NCBI GenBank assembly: GCA_022709525.1
Contig: JAKLIQ010000006.1
Location: forward strand, 2,708 to 66,707
Length of the DNA stretch: 64,000 nt
From: Candidatus Omnitrophota bacterium
GTDB taxonomy: Bacteria > Omnitrophota > Omnitrophia > Omnitrophales > Aquincolibacteriaceae
Direction: 5' to 3'
Shown here: piece by piece, positions 22,407 through 31,349 of the stretch
Layout of the letters: each line of letters begins with the position of its first letter
Position numbering within the stretch: the stretch's first letter is position 1
Translations under genes and position numbers: made by a program
Notes under the pieces: model-generated
Database searches by the model: none
What the model saw: the letters and a program-made list of their open reading frames with translations, nothing else
Told to the model about the DNA's origin: nothing

Positions 22407-22483
22407 GGACTCGTTGCTCGCCCCTCGGGACTTGTTTCGCTCCTCGTTTTTACGAGTCCCTAGTCCCGAGAAACAAGTCCCGG
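22407..22483. repeat. GGGACTCG-family element in the divergent pepP/tkt intergenic region.
   Basis: aggactcgttgctcgcccctcgggacttgtttcgctcctcgtttttacgagtccctagtcccgagaaacaagtcccgg. Confidence 0.8.
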
Positions 22484-22568
22484 TTTTTATCATTGACGCC
22501 ACCCATGAAAGCCGCTACACTTCCATGTCTTTTCCCCCTATACAAATGAGCCGGAGCCTTCATTTTTA

Positions 22569-23387
22569 ATGGAAAAGCTTTCCATCGAACAACTTAAACA
22601 AAAGGCAAGACTGATCCGCCGTCATATCGTCGAAATGACCGGGGCCGCGGCTTCGGGGCACCCGGGAGGTTCTCTCTCCGCCACCGAAATACTGGTCGCT
22701 CTCTATTTTGACCTCATGAACCACAATCCCCAGGACCCGCAATGGCCGGACCGCGACCGTTTGGTCCTAAGCAAAGGCCACGCCTCACCCGCCCTTTATG
22801 CCGCATTGGCCGAGGCGGGATATTTCGACCCCAAGACACTTAAAGATTTCCGGAAACTCGGCAGCCCTCTTCAGGGACATCCGGACCGGCGTAAACTCCC
22901 GGGCGTAGAAGCCTCCACAGGTTCGCTGGGACAGGGGCTTTCCATCGGGATCGGCATGGCGCTCGCGCGGCGGCTTGATCAAAAGAACTATTACACTTAC
23001 GTGATCACAAGCGACGGCGAATTAAATGAGGGACAAACCTGGGAAGCGGCGGCGATGGCGGCCCATCACAAGGTCGATCACCTGATCGCTTTTCTGGACG
23101 ATAACAAATTCCAGCTTGATGATGCCACGGAGAATATTTGCGACATGAGGCCCGTGGCCGACAAATGGAAAGCTTTCCGCTGGCGGACCTTCGAGATCGA
23201 CGGGCATGACCTTAAGGAGATCCTTAAAACCGTAGAAAAAGCCAAAAAGATCAAAGGCCAACCGGTCATCATCATCGCGCACACGGTCAAAGGAAAAGGC
23301 GTTTCTTTTATGGAAGGGAACAACGCCTTTCACGGCGTCGCGCCAACAGAAGAACAAGTCCAAAAAGCTCTGAAGGAACTCGAGTAA
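22569..23387 (+). CDS. tktA_N: Transketolase, N-terminal (TPP-binding) subunit of a split transketolase.
   Basis: GHPGGSLSATEILVALYF...SKGHASPALYAALAEAGYF...GSLGQGLSIGIGMA. Confidence 0.9.
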   Translation: MEKLSIEQLKQKARLIRRHIVEMTGAAASGHPGGSLSATEILVALYFDLMNHNPQDPQWPDRDRLVLSKGHASPALYAALAEAGYFDPKTLKDFRKLGSPLQGHPDRRKLPGVEASTGSLGQGLSIGIGMALARRLDQKNYYTYVITSDGELNEGQTWEAAAMAAHHKVDHLIAFLDDNKFQLDDATENICDMRPVADKWKAFRWRTFEIDGHDLKEILKTVEKAKKIKGQPVIIIAHTVKGKGVSFMEGNNAFHGVAPTEEQVQKALKELE

Positions 23388-23388
23388 A

Positions 23389-24330
23389 ATGGAAAAGAAA
23401 TTCGGAAAAGCCACACGGGACGCTTACGGGGAAGCTCTTGTCGAGATCGGCGGGAAGGACCCCAGCGTGGTCGTCATGGACGCCGACCTTTCCAAGTCCA
23501 CCAAATCCGCGCTTTTCGGCGAAAAATTCCGGGACCGTTTTTTCAATGTCGGGATCCAGGAAGCGAATCTGGTCGGAGTGGCTGCCGGTCTTGCTTCCTG
23601 CGGGAAGATCCCTTTCATCTCCAGTTTTGCGTCCTTTCTGGTCAGTAAAGGTTTCGATCAATTTCGCATGGCGGTCGCTTTTTCGGAGCTAAATGTGAAA
23701 GTGGTCGGTTCCCACGGCGGGATCACGGTCGGAGAGGACGGCGCTTCCCAGATGTCGATCGAAGATATCGCGCTTATGACAAGCCTTCCTGGCTTCGTCG
23801 TGATTTTACCCTGCGATGAAGTGTCTGCGCGGGCGCTTGTTTTCGAAATGGCAAAACATGTCGGGCCCGTTTATATGCGCACAGGACGGCCCAAAGCTCC
23901 GGTCATTTATAAATCCGGGACCGAGTTCAAGATCGGCAAAGGCGTTCGTTTGCGCGAAGGTAAAGACATCACAATCATCGCCAACGGTTTTGAGGTGTTC
24001 GAATCCCTTGAAGCGGCTGATCGGCTGGCGGACGAAGGCATCAGCGCGAGCGTGATCGACATGCATACCGTCAAGCCGCTTGATACGGATCTGATCCTCG
24101 AAGAAGCCAGGCGGACCGGGCATGTTCTGGTCGCCGAAGAGCATCAGATTTGGGGTGGTCTCGGAAGCGCGATCGCGACATTTCTCGCTAAAAAACACCC
24201 CTGCAAGATGGGTTTTGTGGCCATTCAGGATACTTTTGCCGAATCGGGCAAAGCGGAAGAGCTTTTAGAAAAATACGGGCTGACATCCCCCCACATCGTC
24301 AAAACCGCAAAAAAGATCCTGGGGCGTTAA
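23389..24330 (+). CDS. tktA_C: Transketolase, C-terminal (pyrimidine-binding) subunit.
   Basis: RDAYGEALVEIGGKDPSVVVMDADLSKSTKS...FNVGIQEANLVGVAAGLA...SHGGITVGEDGASQ. Confidence 0.9.
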   Translation: MEKKFGKATRDAYGEALVEIGGKDPSVVVMDADLSKSTKSALFGEKFRDRFFNVGIQEANLVGVAAGLASCGKIPFISSFASFLVSKGFDQFRMAVAFSELNVKVVGSHGGITVGEDGASQMSIEDIALMTSLPGFVVILPCDEVSARALVFEMAKHVGPVYMRTGRPKAPVIYKSGTEFKIGKGVRLREGKDITIIANGFEVFESLEAADRLADEGISASVIDMHTVKPLDTDLILEEARRTGHVLVAEEHQIWGGLGSAIATFLAKKHPCKMGFVAIQDTFAESGKAEELLEKYGLTSPHIVKTAKKILGR

Positions 24331-24362
24331 CGCAACATATTCCCGAAGTTCGAGGTCCCAAA

Positions 24363-26006
24363 GTGCCTCTTAAGAAGATGCTCATTTCCTTCCTGGCCGT
24401 TTTTCTCCTTTCTGTTTTTCCTTCTCTCTTCGTCCAGGCCGCCGAAGGCAAAAAAGCCATGGCAGTCACGCCGGACCCTCGCGCGACGCAAGCCGCCTTA
24501 GAGATCCTGGAAGAAGGCGGCAACGCCGTCGACGCGGCCGTGGCGGCTCAATGGGTCTTGAGCGTTGTTATGCCCCAGGCCACGGGGCTTGGGGGAAGCG
24601 GCCTTTTCCTTTTTTACGACATCGGAACGCGCCGCATTCTTTTTTTTGACGGAAGCGCGGCCGCGCCGGCAAAGAGTTCCGCCGATCTGTTTTTCGATAA
24701 GAACGGCGGTCTCCTTCCGTACGCGCCCGACCGGAATACAGGGGGGGCCTCGGTCGGCGTTCCGGGACTTTTAAAATTGGCCGAAGAAGTTCACGCGAAA
24801 TACGGAACGCGTAAATTCCCGTTCGCGAAACTTTTTGAAAAAGCGATCCGCGAAGCGGAAGACGGAACGGAAATAAACAAGCCGCTTGCTGAAGCGCTTA
24901 AAAAGAACGAACAACGAATAGCCCTTACGGGGCCCTTTCCCGCGGTTTTTTCGGAAGAGGAAGGGGTGATCGTTCAGCATGGTCTGGCTAAGGCGTTCCG
25001 CTTGATCCAAGCCAAGGGAACGGACGTTTTTTATAAGGGAACGATCGCGAAGGCGATTGAAAAAGCGGTGCGCAAGGATGCCTATCGCCCCGCTTCTTTG
25101 ACCGGTCGTGCTCTGGGGTCCTACAGCGTGAAAACGCGCGATCCCGTTCACACCACCTATCAAGGATACGATCTTTTCAGCGCGGGTCCTCCCGCAAGCG
25201 GCGGCATGATGCTTTTTCGCGCGCTTCATGTCCTTTCCCGTTTCGGCATGTCGGGTTTCGGGCAGGCGCCGGAGATGTACCACCTTCTCGGGGAGACGCA
25301 AAAGGCGGCTTTGTTCAACCGTTCCGCCGTTGCGGATCCGGATTTTTTTGATGTTCCTTTCGAAGAGGTCCTTTCGGAGGCGTGGGCTGAAAATCATGCC
25401 GCCTCCATTAAATTCGACCGTGTTTCAAAAGAAGGGGAAGTCCCGAAAGAAACTCCGGAAGAAAGCCCGGGAAGGGACGGCGTTTCGGTCATGGTCGTGG
25501 ATCCCCAAGGCAATATTGCAGCGATCTCGTCGACCCTTGGCGACGCGTTCGGGTCCGGTTTGTTCGTGGCGGAATACGGGTTCTTTTTAAATAATCTTCT
25601 CGCGGGTTTCAGTGAAGGGCGGATCTCCGCGGGAGAAAGGCCGCCCGGAAGAGAAGCCCCGACGCTTGTTTTCAAAGAAGGGAGGCCCGCGGTCCTTCTG
25701 GATGCATATGGCCCCAGCGACCCCGCGGCATTGCTTTTAAATATTCTGGTCCAAAAAATCGATTCCGGAGCGTCGTGCGCCGCCGCGATCGAATCCCCCA
25801 GGTTATTGACCCGCGGCAGGACCCTTTTTTTGGAATCCGGGCTCTACCATCAGGAAACAACGCGCTTGAAGCTGGAGCTTTTAGGGCATGCTCTTGAAAA
25901 AAAAGACCCGATCGGTTTTGCGCAAATGGTTTGTTTTGACGAAGGTTCTGATAGAATAGTGGGCGAAAGCGACCCCCGGGGCGGAGGGGAAGCCGCGGGT
26001 TTTTAA
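24363..26006 (+). CDS. Gamma-glutamyltranspeptidase (Ntn-hydrolase) family protein, secreted. The canonical GTTH autoprocessing Thr is not evident.
   Basis: Signal peptide. ALEILEEGGNAVDAAVAAQWVLSVVMPQATGLGGSGLFLFYD (GGT N-terminal signature). The small-subunit junction reads GRDGVSVMVVDPQGN, whereas GGT has GTTHFSVVDxxGN. Confidence 0.6.
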   Translation: MPLKKMLISFLAVFLLSVFPSLFVQAAEGKKAMAVTPDPRATQAALEILEEGGNAVDAAVAAQWVLSVVMPQATGLGGSGLFLFYDIGTRRILFFDGSAAAPAKSSADLFFDKNGGLLPYAPDRNTGGASVGVPGLLKLAEEVHAKYGTRKFPFAKLFEKAIREAEDGTEINKPLAEALKKNEQRIALTGPFPAVFSEEEGVIVQHGLAKAFRLIQAKGTDVFYKGTIAKAIEKAVRKDAYRPASLTGRALGSYSVKTRDPVHTTYQGYDLFSAGPPASGGMMLFRALHVLSRFGMSGFGQAPEMYHLLGETQKAALFNRSAVADPDFFDVPFEEVLSEAWAENHAASIKFDRVSKEGEVPKETPEESPGRDGVSVMVVDPQGNIAAISSTLGDAFGSGLFVAEYGFFLNNLLAGFSEGRISAGERPPGREAPTLVFKEGRPAVLLDAYGPSDPAALLLNILVQKIDSGASCAAAIESPRLLTRGRTLFLESGLYHQETTRLKLELLGHALEKKDPIGFAQMVCFDEGSDRIVGESDPRGGGEAAGF

Positions 26007-26009
26007 ATT

Positions 26010-26090
26010 TTCCGCCAAACAGCGCGGCGGACCCGTCCGACAAAGCGCTGTTGGGACGGACCCGCCAACGCTTTGTGGCGGGCAAATTTC
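26010..26090. repeat. Second small repeat family (REP/terminator-like hairpin ...cccgccaacgctttgtggcgggcaaattt) immediately after the GGT stop. A related copy is at 27990-28040.
   Basis: Shared cgccaaacagcg...ggacccgccaRcgYtttgtggcgggcaaattt. Stem ccgcca/tggcgg. Confidence 0.55.
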
Positions 26091-26101
26091 AGGTTTCAAA
26101 A

Positions 26102-26611
26102 ATGAAGACGACCCTGCATAAAGGAAAACATCTCGATCTGATCCGGGAGGACAACTGGGAATATGTCCGGCGGACCACCTGCAACGGCATCGTGGTGATT
26201 GTCCCCATGACGGCCGATGGCAAGGTGATCTTTGTCGAGCAGTTCCGCAGGCCCGTCGAAGCTCATGTGATCGAATGGCCGGCCGGGCTCGTCAACGACC
26301 GGATCCTGGCAGATCCGGAAACGATGGAAGCCGCCGCTCGCCGGGAGCTTCTTGAAGAGACCGGTTACGAGGCCGAACATTTTTCATTTCTTGTGCGGGG
26401 CCCCGTCTCAAGCGGCTTGAGTTCCGAGATCATCACGCTCTACCAGGCGCTGGATGTCGTTAAAAAAGGACCCGGCGGCGGCGATGCTACGGAATCGATC
26501 CGGGTCCACGAAGTGCCGCTTAAAGAAGCGGACCTTTGGCTTTATGAAATGGAGAAAAAAGGATTTTTAGTCGATCCAAAAGTTTACGTCGGATTGTATT
26601 TTCTGAAATGA
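26102..26611 (+). CDS. NUDIX hydrolase (ADP-ribose pyrophosphatase-like).
   Basis: Nudix box EWPAGLVNDRILADPETMEAAARRELLEETGY (GX5EX7REUXEEXGU). Confidence 0.8.
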   Translation: MKTTLHKGKHLDLIREDNWEYVRRTTCNGIVVIVPMTADGKVIFVEQFRRPVEAHVIEWPAGLVNDRILADPETMEAAARRELLEETGYEAEHFSFLVRGPVSSGLSSEIITLYQALDVVKKGPGGGDATESIRVHEVPLKEADLWLYEMEKKGFLVDPKVYVGLYFLK

Positions 26612-26818
26612 CGGCATCATTTATGAATGCGAAGCAAACATAAATGATAAGCCGGAATTTCACCCAGCACTAATTTTTCAGAACAGAATCAAATGACTTC
26701 AATAGAAAAAAGCGTAACTAATTTAAAAATGATGGAATGCAGCTTTGAAATTAGTGCTGGGTTTAATTCGCCCAGACAACTTACGCTCACTGCGTTCCGT
26801 AAGTTGAGGGCTCATTAA
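26612..26818. promoter_or_regulatory. AT-rich intergenic region with a 15-bp inverted repeat (cacccagcactaattt / aaattagtgctgggt) flanking a 70-bp A/T-rich core, and a second hairpin (aacttacg...cgtaagtt) just upstream of the RBS of the ArsC-family gene.
   Basis: Sequence inspection. GC is far below the window average. Confidence 0.3.
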
Positions 26819-27232
26819 ATGGCGGAGATCACGATTTATCAAAAACCGTCCTGCACGACCTGCAAGGAAGTTTTTCAGATCCTCAAAGAGGCGAATGTCG
26901 ATTTTGATTCAGTTGATTATTTTGTCGATCCGATCCCCAAGACAAAGCTTCAAGAACTGATCCAGAAACTTGGCGTTCGGGTCGAAGACCTGATCCGGAA
27001 AAAGGACCAGCTTTATGAGGATCTCCGCTTGGGTGAAAAACAGCTTACGGAAGGGCAGTGGCTGGATCTTTTGGCCATTTATCCCGACCTTCTTCAGCGG
27101 CCGATCGTCGAAAAAGGCGATCAGGCGATCCTGGCGCGTCCTGCCAGAAAAATAAAAGAATTTCTTGTCCCGCCCACACCTGCGGATATTCCGGCGTCCG
27201 GCGCGACGGAAACGCCGAGCGCTAACCGTTGA
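26819..27232 (+). CDS. ArsC/Spx/YffB-family (arsenate-reductase-like, thioredoxin fold) protein.
   Basis: ITIYQKPSCTTCKEVFQILKEANVDFDSVDYFVDPIPKTKLQELI. Confidence 0.7.
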   Translation: MAEITIYQKPSCTTCKEVFQILKEANVDFDSVDYFVDPIPKTKLQELIQKLGVRVEDLIRKKDQLYEDLRLGEKQLTEGQWLDLLAIYPDLLQRPIVEKGDQAILARPARKIKEFLVPPTPADIPASGATETPSANR

Positions 27233-27288
27233 GAGACAAAAGGATTTTAGTTAAAATACCGCTCTAAAACATTTTTAAGGAGGCCACG

Positions 27289-27975
27289 ATGAACGACCCG
27301 AAAAATTATCCATACCAGGATTCGCAAGAAGCGGTTTTTTCCAACTTCATGCAGCGCGTGTACCAATGGATGGCCATGGGGCTTGCGCTTACCGGCCTTC
27401 TAGCCTTCATGACGCTTCAGAATGTTCCCCTGATGCGTTTTCTTTTAAGCGGGGGGATGTGGCTTTTCTTCATCGTAGAGCTCGGGATCGTGATCTGGCT
27501 CTCGGCGAGCATCCGGAAAATATCCGCCCAAGCGGCCACCTTGGGATTTTTGATCTACTCGGCTTTGAACGGCGTCACTCTTTCCGGGATCTTTCTTTAC
27601 TATACGGCCGCTTCGATCTCCTCGACATTTTTTATCACAGCCATGACATTTGCCGGCGTGAGTATCTATGGATGGGTGACCAAGCACGATCTGACTTCGA
27701 TCGGAAGTTTTTGTTTCATGGCTCTCATCGGAGTGATCATTGCGAGCGTTCTGAATTATTTTTTCCGATCGCCCGCTTTTTATTGGATCGTTTCCTATGC
27801 CGGCGTCGCGGTCTTTATCGGTCTTACGGCTTATGACACGCAAAAGCTTAAAATGATCCACCAAGGCATGCCGAACGCGCCCGAACAGCTCGCCATCTTC
27901 GGGGCGTTGATGCTTTATCTGGATTTTATCAATATGTTCTTATTCCTCCTGCGCATCTTCGGCCGCCGGCGATAA
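27289..27975 (+). CDS. Bax inhibitor-1/YccA-family membrane protein.
   Basis: 7-TM pattern. The conserved C-terminal ...LYLDFINMFLFLLRIFG is typical of BI-1/YccA. Confidence 0.75.
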   Translation: MNDPKNYPYQDSQEAVFSNFMQRVYQWMAMGLALTGLLAFMTLQNVPLMRFLLSGGMWLFFIVELGIVIWLSASIRKISAQAATLGFLIYSALNGVTLSGIFLYYTAASISSTFFITAMTFAGVSIYGWVTKHDLTSIGSFCFMALIGVIIASVLNYFFRSPAFYWIVSYAGVAVFIGLTAYDTQKLKMIHQGMPNAPEQLAIFGALMLYLDFINMFLFLLRIFGRRR

Positions 27976-27989
27976 CAGATCTCAGATCT

Positions 27990-28040
27990 TTCGCCAAACA
28001 GCGTGTCGGACCCGCCAGCGTTTTGTGGCGGGCAAATTTA
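27990..28040. repeat. Copy of the second REP/terminator-like repeat family (see 26010-26090), after the BI-1 stop.
   Basis: ttcgccaaacagcgtgtcggacccgccagcgttttgtggcgggcaaattt. Confidence 0.55.
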
Positions 28041-28053
28041 AAATTTTAAAACA

Positions 28054-28803
28054 ATGATCGACGTTCAATCGCTTACAATGCATTACGGTTCCGTGACCGC
28101 TCTGGAAAATGTTTCATTCCGGGCGAATGCGGGTGAGATCCTCGGCCTTCTCGGGCCGAATGGGGCGGGGAAGACCACCGCCATGAGGATCCTTACAACT
28201 TACCTTTATCCTTCTTCGGGGACCGCCAAGGTTGACGGATTCGATATTTTGGAAGCCCCCATCGAAGTGCGGAGACGCATCGGTTACCTGCCGGAAACCG
28301 TACCGCTTTATACGGATATGCGGGTTGACGAGTATCTGACTTTTGTGGGGAAAGCGCGTTCGCTTGAAGGCGCGAAACTCGCCGAACGGCTTGAAAAGGT
28401 CCGGGAAGCGTGCCGCCTCAAGCCCGTATGGAAACATCTTCTGGGAGAGCTTTCCAAAGGGTTCGGCCAGCGCGTGGGTCTTGCGCAGGCGCTTATTCAC
28501 GACCCCAAAGTTTTGATCCTTGATGAACCCACTTCCGGTCTTGATCCGATCCAGATCATCGAGATCCGGGCGCTTGTCAAAAGTCTCGCCAAAGAAAAAA
28601 CCATTATTTTTTCCACGCATATCCTTCAAGAGGTGGAGGCGCTTGCCGACCGGATCGTGATCATCAACGAAGGGAAACTTGTCGCCCAAGGGACCCGGCG
28701 CGAATTAGCTGAAAAAGTTCCCGATCCCGGGAAATCCCCGCAGGACCTTACTCTCGAAGAGATCTTTATCGGGCTTCTTAAGCCGCAAAAAGCAGTCTCA
28801 TGA
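28054..28803 (+). CDS. ABC transporter ATP-binding protein (GldA-like).
   Basis: Walker A GLLGPNGAGKTT, signature LSKGFGQRVGLAQAL, Walker B LILDEPTSGLD. Confidence 0.85.
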   Translation: MIDVQSLTMHYGSVTALENVSFRANAGEILGLLGPNGAGKTTAMRILTTYLYPSSGTAKVDGFDILEAPIEVRRRIGYLPETVPLYTDMRVDEYLTFVGKARSLEGAKLAERLEKVREACRLKPVWKHLLGELSKGFGQRVGLAQALIHDPKVLILDEPTSGLDPIQIIEIRALVKSLAKEKTIIFSTHILQEVEALADRIVIINEGKLVAQGTRRELAEKVPDPGKSPQDLTLEEIFIGLLKPQKAVS

Positions 28804-31310
28804 AAAAACTCTCTAATTTCACGATTGTCCTGAACAGGGAAATGGCCGCCTATTTTAATTCCGCCATCGCCTACATTTTCATGATCATTTTTACGCTCCT
28901 CAATAACGGTCTTTTCATGACCCAGTTCTTTCTTACGGGCCGCGCCGACATGCGGGCGCTTTTTTACACGCTGCCGGTCTTCCTTTCGGTTTTTTTGCCC
29001 GCGGTCTCGATGCGGCTTTGGGCGGAGGAAAGGCGCGGAAACACGCAGGAACTTCTTTTGACCTTTCCCCTCGCGCCGCAGGAACTGGTGCTCGGGAAGT
29101 TTTTCGCGAGCTTTCTTTTTTATCTCATGACATTAGCCTGCACGTTGCCGATCCCGGTGATGCTTCTCGCGCTCGGCCGTCCGGATATCGGCGTGATCTT
29201 AAGCGGTTATATCGGCGCTGCGCTGCTGGGCGGTTTTTTTCTCGCGATCGGAACGCTCGTGTCGGGTTTTTGCCGCGACCAGATCGTGGCGTTCATTCTT
29301 TCCATGATGATCTGCTTCGGGTTTTATCTTGCCGGGACGGAATTCGTGGCATCCTCGCTTGACGGATGGATCGCGGGGTTCGGGACCTTCCTCCGGCGTT
29401 TCTTGGGCACCGCAGACCATTACGCGACATTCGCCAAAGGCGTGATCGATATACGCGACGTGCTTTATTTCGTCATCGGCAGCGCTGTGGCTTTGGTGCT
29501 TAACGGATTCTGGATCGAAGGACGCATGCGGCCCAAGGCCGCCTCGATCTTTGCCGCCGCCGCCGCGATCTGCGCCGCGATCTTTCTTTTAAGCAACGGT
29601 TTGGTGGCCGATATGCCGCTTGGCCGGTTCGATATCAGTGAGGGAAAAATTTATACGGTTTCCGAGGCTTCCCGGAAGATCTTAAAAAGCCTTTCGTCGC
29701 CCGTTCTTGCGAAATTGTATATTTCTTCCGTCGACAAGATGCCGACGGCGATGAAAACGCTTGAGCAAGATGTGCGGGATAAGCTGGAAGAGTTCCGCAT
29801 CGCCTCCGAAGGCCGGTTCCAATATAAGATCATCCATATGGATGTGGCCGCAGCGGCGGAGAAAACTAAAAAAGAGGATTCTCAGGAAGAGCAGCTCTTA
29901 CAAAAAGGGATCCGCCCCTTTCAGGTTGAATCCATCCAGGCCGACGAACTGGGCGTTCGTCTTGTTTACTCCGGGATCACGCTTTCCTATAGGGAAAAAC
30001 CGGAGGAGATCCTCCCGCAGATCCATCCCGGGAACCTTGATGATCTGGAATACGCCGTTGTTTCCAAGGTCTATCGCATGATGCTGCCTGAGATCCCGAA
30101 AGTCGCGCTGATGGCCCCCTACCAGGAACGCTCCGTCGACCCTAACCTCATGATGCTGCTCCAGCAACTCGGAGGGCAAGTCCCTGAAAGTTATCGCGAT
30201 GATCCGTATGAATATCTTCAAATGGGCCTTGAAGCGGAGGGCTATCCCGTAACCCGTATTTCGATCAGCGAAAAATCCCCGATCCCGGACGGGACCAAAA
30301 CGCTCGCCGTGGTCGGTCCAGGCGGTCTCAATGAACGTCAAAAATATGAGATCAACCGCTTCCTCTGCGAGGGGGGCTCTGTTTTTATGGCCGTCCAAAA
30401 CTACGAATTCAATTACAAGCCCGAAACGGACGGGTCGATCACGCTGGTCCCGAGCGAAAAAGACCCCGGGGTCAACGACCTGCTTTCGGCCTGGGGATTC
30501 GAGGTGAATACCCGCGTGTTGGCCGACGAACAAAGCGAGGCCATCAGCCTCACGGGCAGCGGCCGCTCCGCGCTTTTAGGCGTTTCGATCCCCGTGAAGA
30601 TGCCGGTTCAGATCCTTTTAACCGGCGCGGAAATGAATGAGAGGGTTTCCATCACTTCGCGTCTTCCCGCATTTTTCTATCTTTGGGGCAGCGCGCTTAA
30701 ACTTGATGAAGCTAAGATCAAGTCCCAAGAGCTTAAGATCGAAACTCTTCTTCATTCAAGCAAGCGTTCTTGGACCGTCCCGTTTAAGCCGGGGAGCATG
30801 ACCTCCGAAGATCTTGAATTCAAAGATAAAACCGCGGCCGGCCCTTTCTCTCTCGCCGTGCTTGCGGAGGGAAAATTTGAGAATGCTTTCAAAGGCAAAA
30901 CAACGCCTGATTGGCCCGCGCAAGAAACTTCCGCCGGCGAGCCTTCTTCTGAAGCCGGCTCAAAAGAAAAAAATAAGGAACCCGCCGGGCCTCTTGAGAC
31001 CAAGCCCGGAAAACTTCTTCTCATGGGGGCTTCCACGCCTTTTCAAAAACAACTTATGCAGAACGGAGCCCATTTGAATTTCTTCTTAAATGCGATCGAT
31101 GCCATGACTTTAGGCGATGTGTTGATCGGGATCCGGTCGAAAGGACAAGCGAATCGCGTTCTTCCCAAGATCTCGGCGCCGGTCAAAGTGGCCTGGCGCC
31201 TTTTTGTCGTGTTCTTCATGCCCGCGATTATCGCCCTGCTCGGATTTTTACGGGCCTACATGCGCCGCCGCGCAAAACAGATTTATTTAAAAAATTTAGC
31301 CACCATTTAG
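28800..31310 (+). CDS. Fused ABC-2 permease (GldF-like, 6 TM) and GldG-like large periplasmic domain with a C-terminal TM.
   Basis: N-terminal polytopic ABC-2 segment, then a roughly 550-aa soluble domain ending in the TM WRLFVVFFMPAIIALLGFL. ATGA overlap with the upstream ATPase gene. Confidence 0.6.
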   Translation: MKKLSNFTIVLNREMAAYFNSAIAYIFMIIFTLLNNGLFMTQFFLTGRADMRALFYTLPVFLSVFLPAVSMRLWAEERRGNTQELLLTFPLAPQELVLGKFFASFLFYLMTLACTLPIPVMLLALGRPDIGVILSGYIGAALLGGFFLAIGTLVSGFCRDQIVAFILSMMICFGFYLAGTEFVASSLDGWIAGFGTFLRRFLGTADHYATFAKGVIDIRDVLYFVIGSAVALVLNGFWIEGRMRPKAASIFAAAAAICAAIFLLSNGLVADMPLGRFDISEGKIYTVSEASRKILKSLSSPVLAKLYISSVDKMPTAMKTLEQDVRDKLEEFRIASEGRFQYKIIHMDVAAAAEKTKKEDSQEEQLLQKGIRPFQVESIQADELGVRLVYSGITLSYREKPEEILPQIHPGNLDDLEYAVVSKVYRMMLPEIPKVALMAPYQERSVDPNLMMLLQQLGGQVPESYRDDPYEYLQMGLEAEGYPVTRISISEKSPIPDGTKTLAVVGPGGLNERQKYEINRFLCEGGSVFMAVQNYEFNYKPETDGSITLVPSEKDPGVNDLLSAWGFEVNTRVLADEQSEAISLTGSGRSALLGVSIPVKMPVQILLTGAEMNERVSITSRLPAFFYLWGSALKLDEAKIKSQELKIETLLHSSKRSWTVPFKPGSMTSEDLEFKDKTAAGPFSLAVLAEGKFENAFKGKTTPDWPAQETSAGEPSSEAGSKEKNKEPAGPLETKPGKLLLMGASTPFQKQLMQNGAHLNFFLNAIDAMTLGDVLIGIRSKGQANRVLPKISAPVKVAWRLFVVFFMPAIIALLGFLRAYMRRRAKQIYLKNLATI

Positions 31311-31349
31311 GCCCTCTTGCAAAAAACCGGGTCTTTATAAAGTGTTCTT

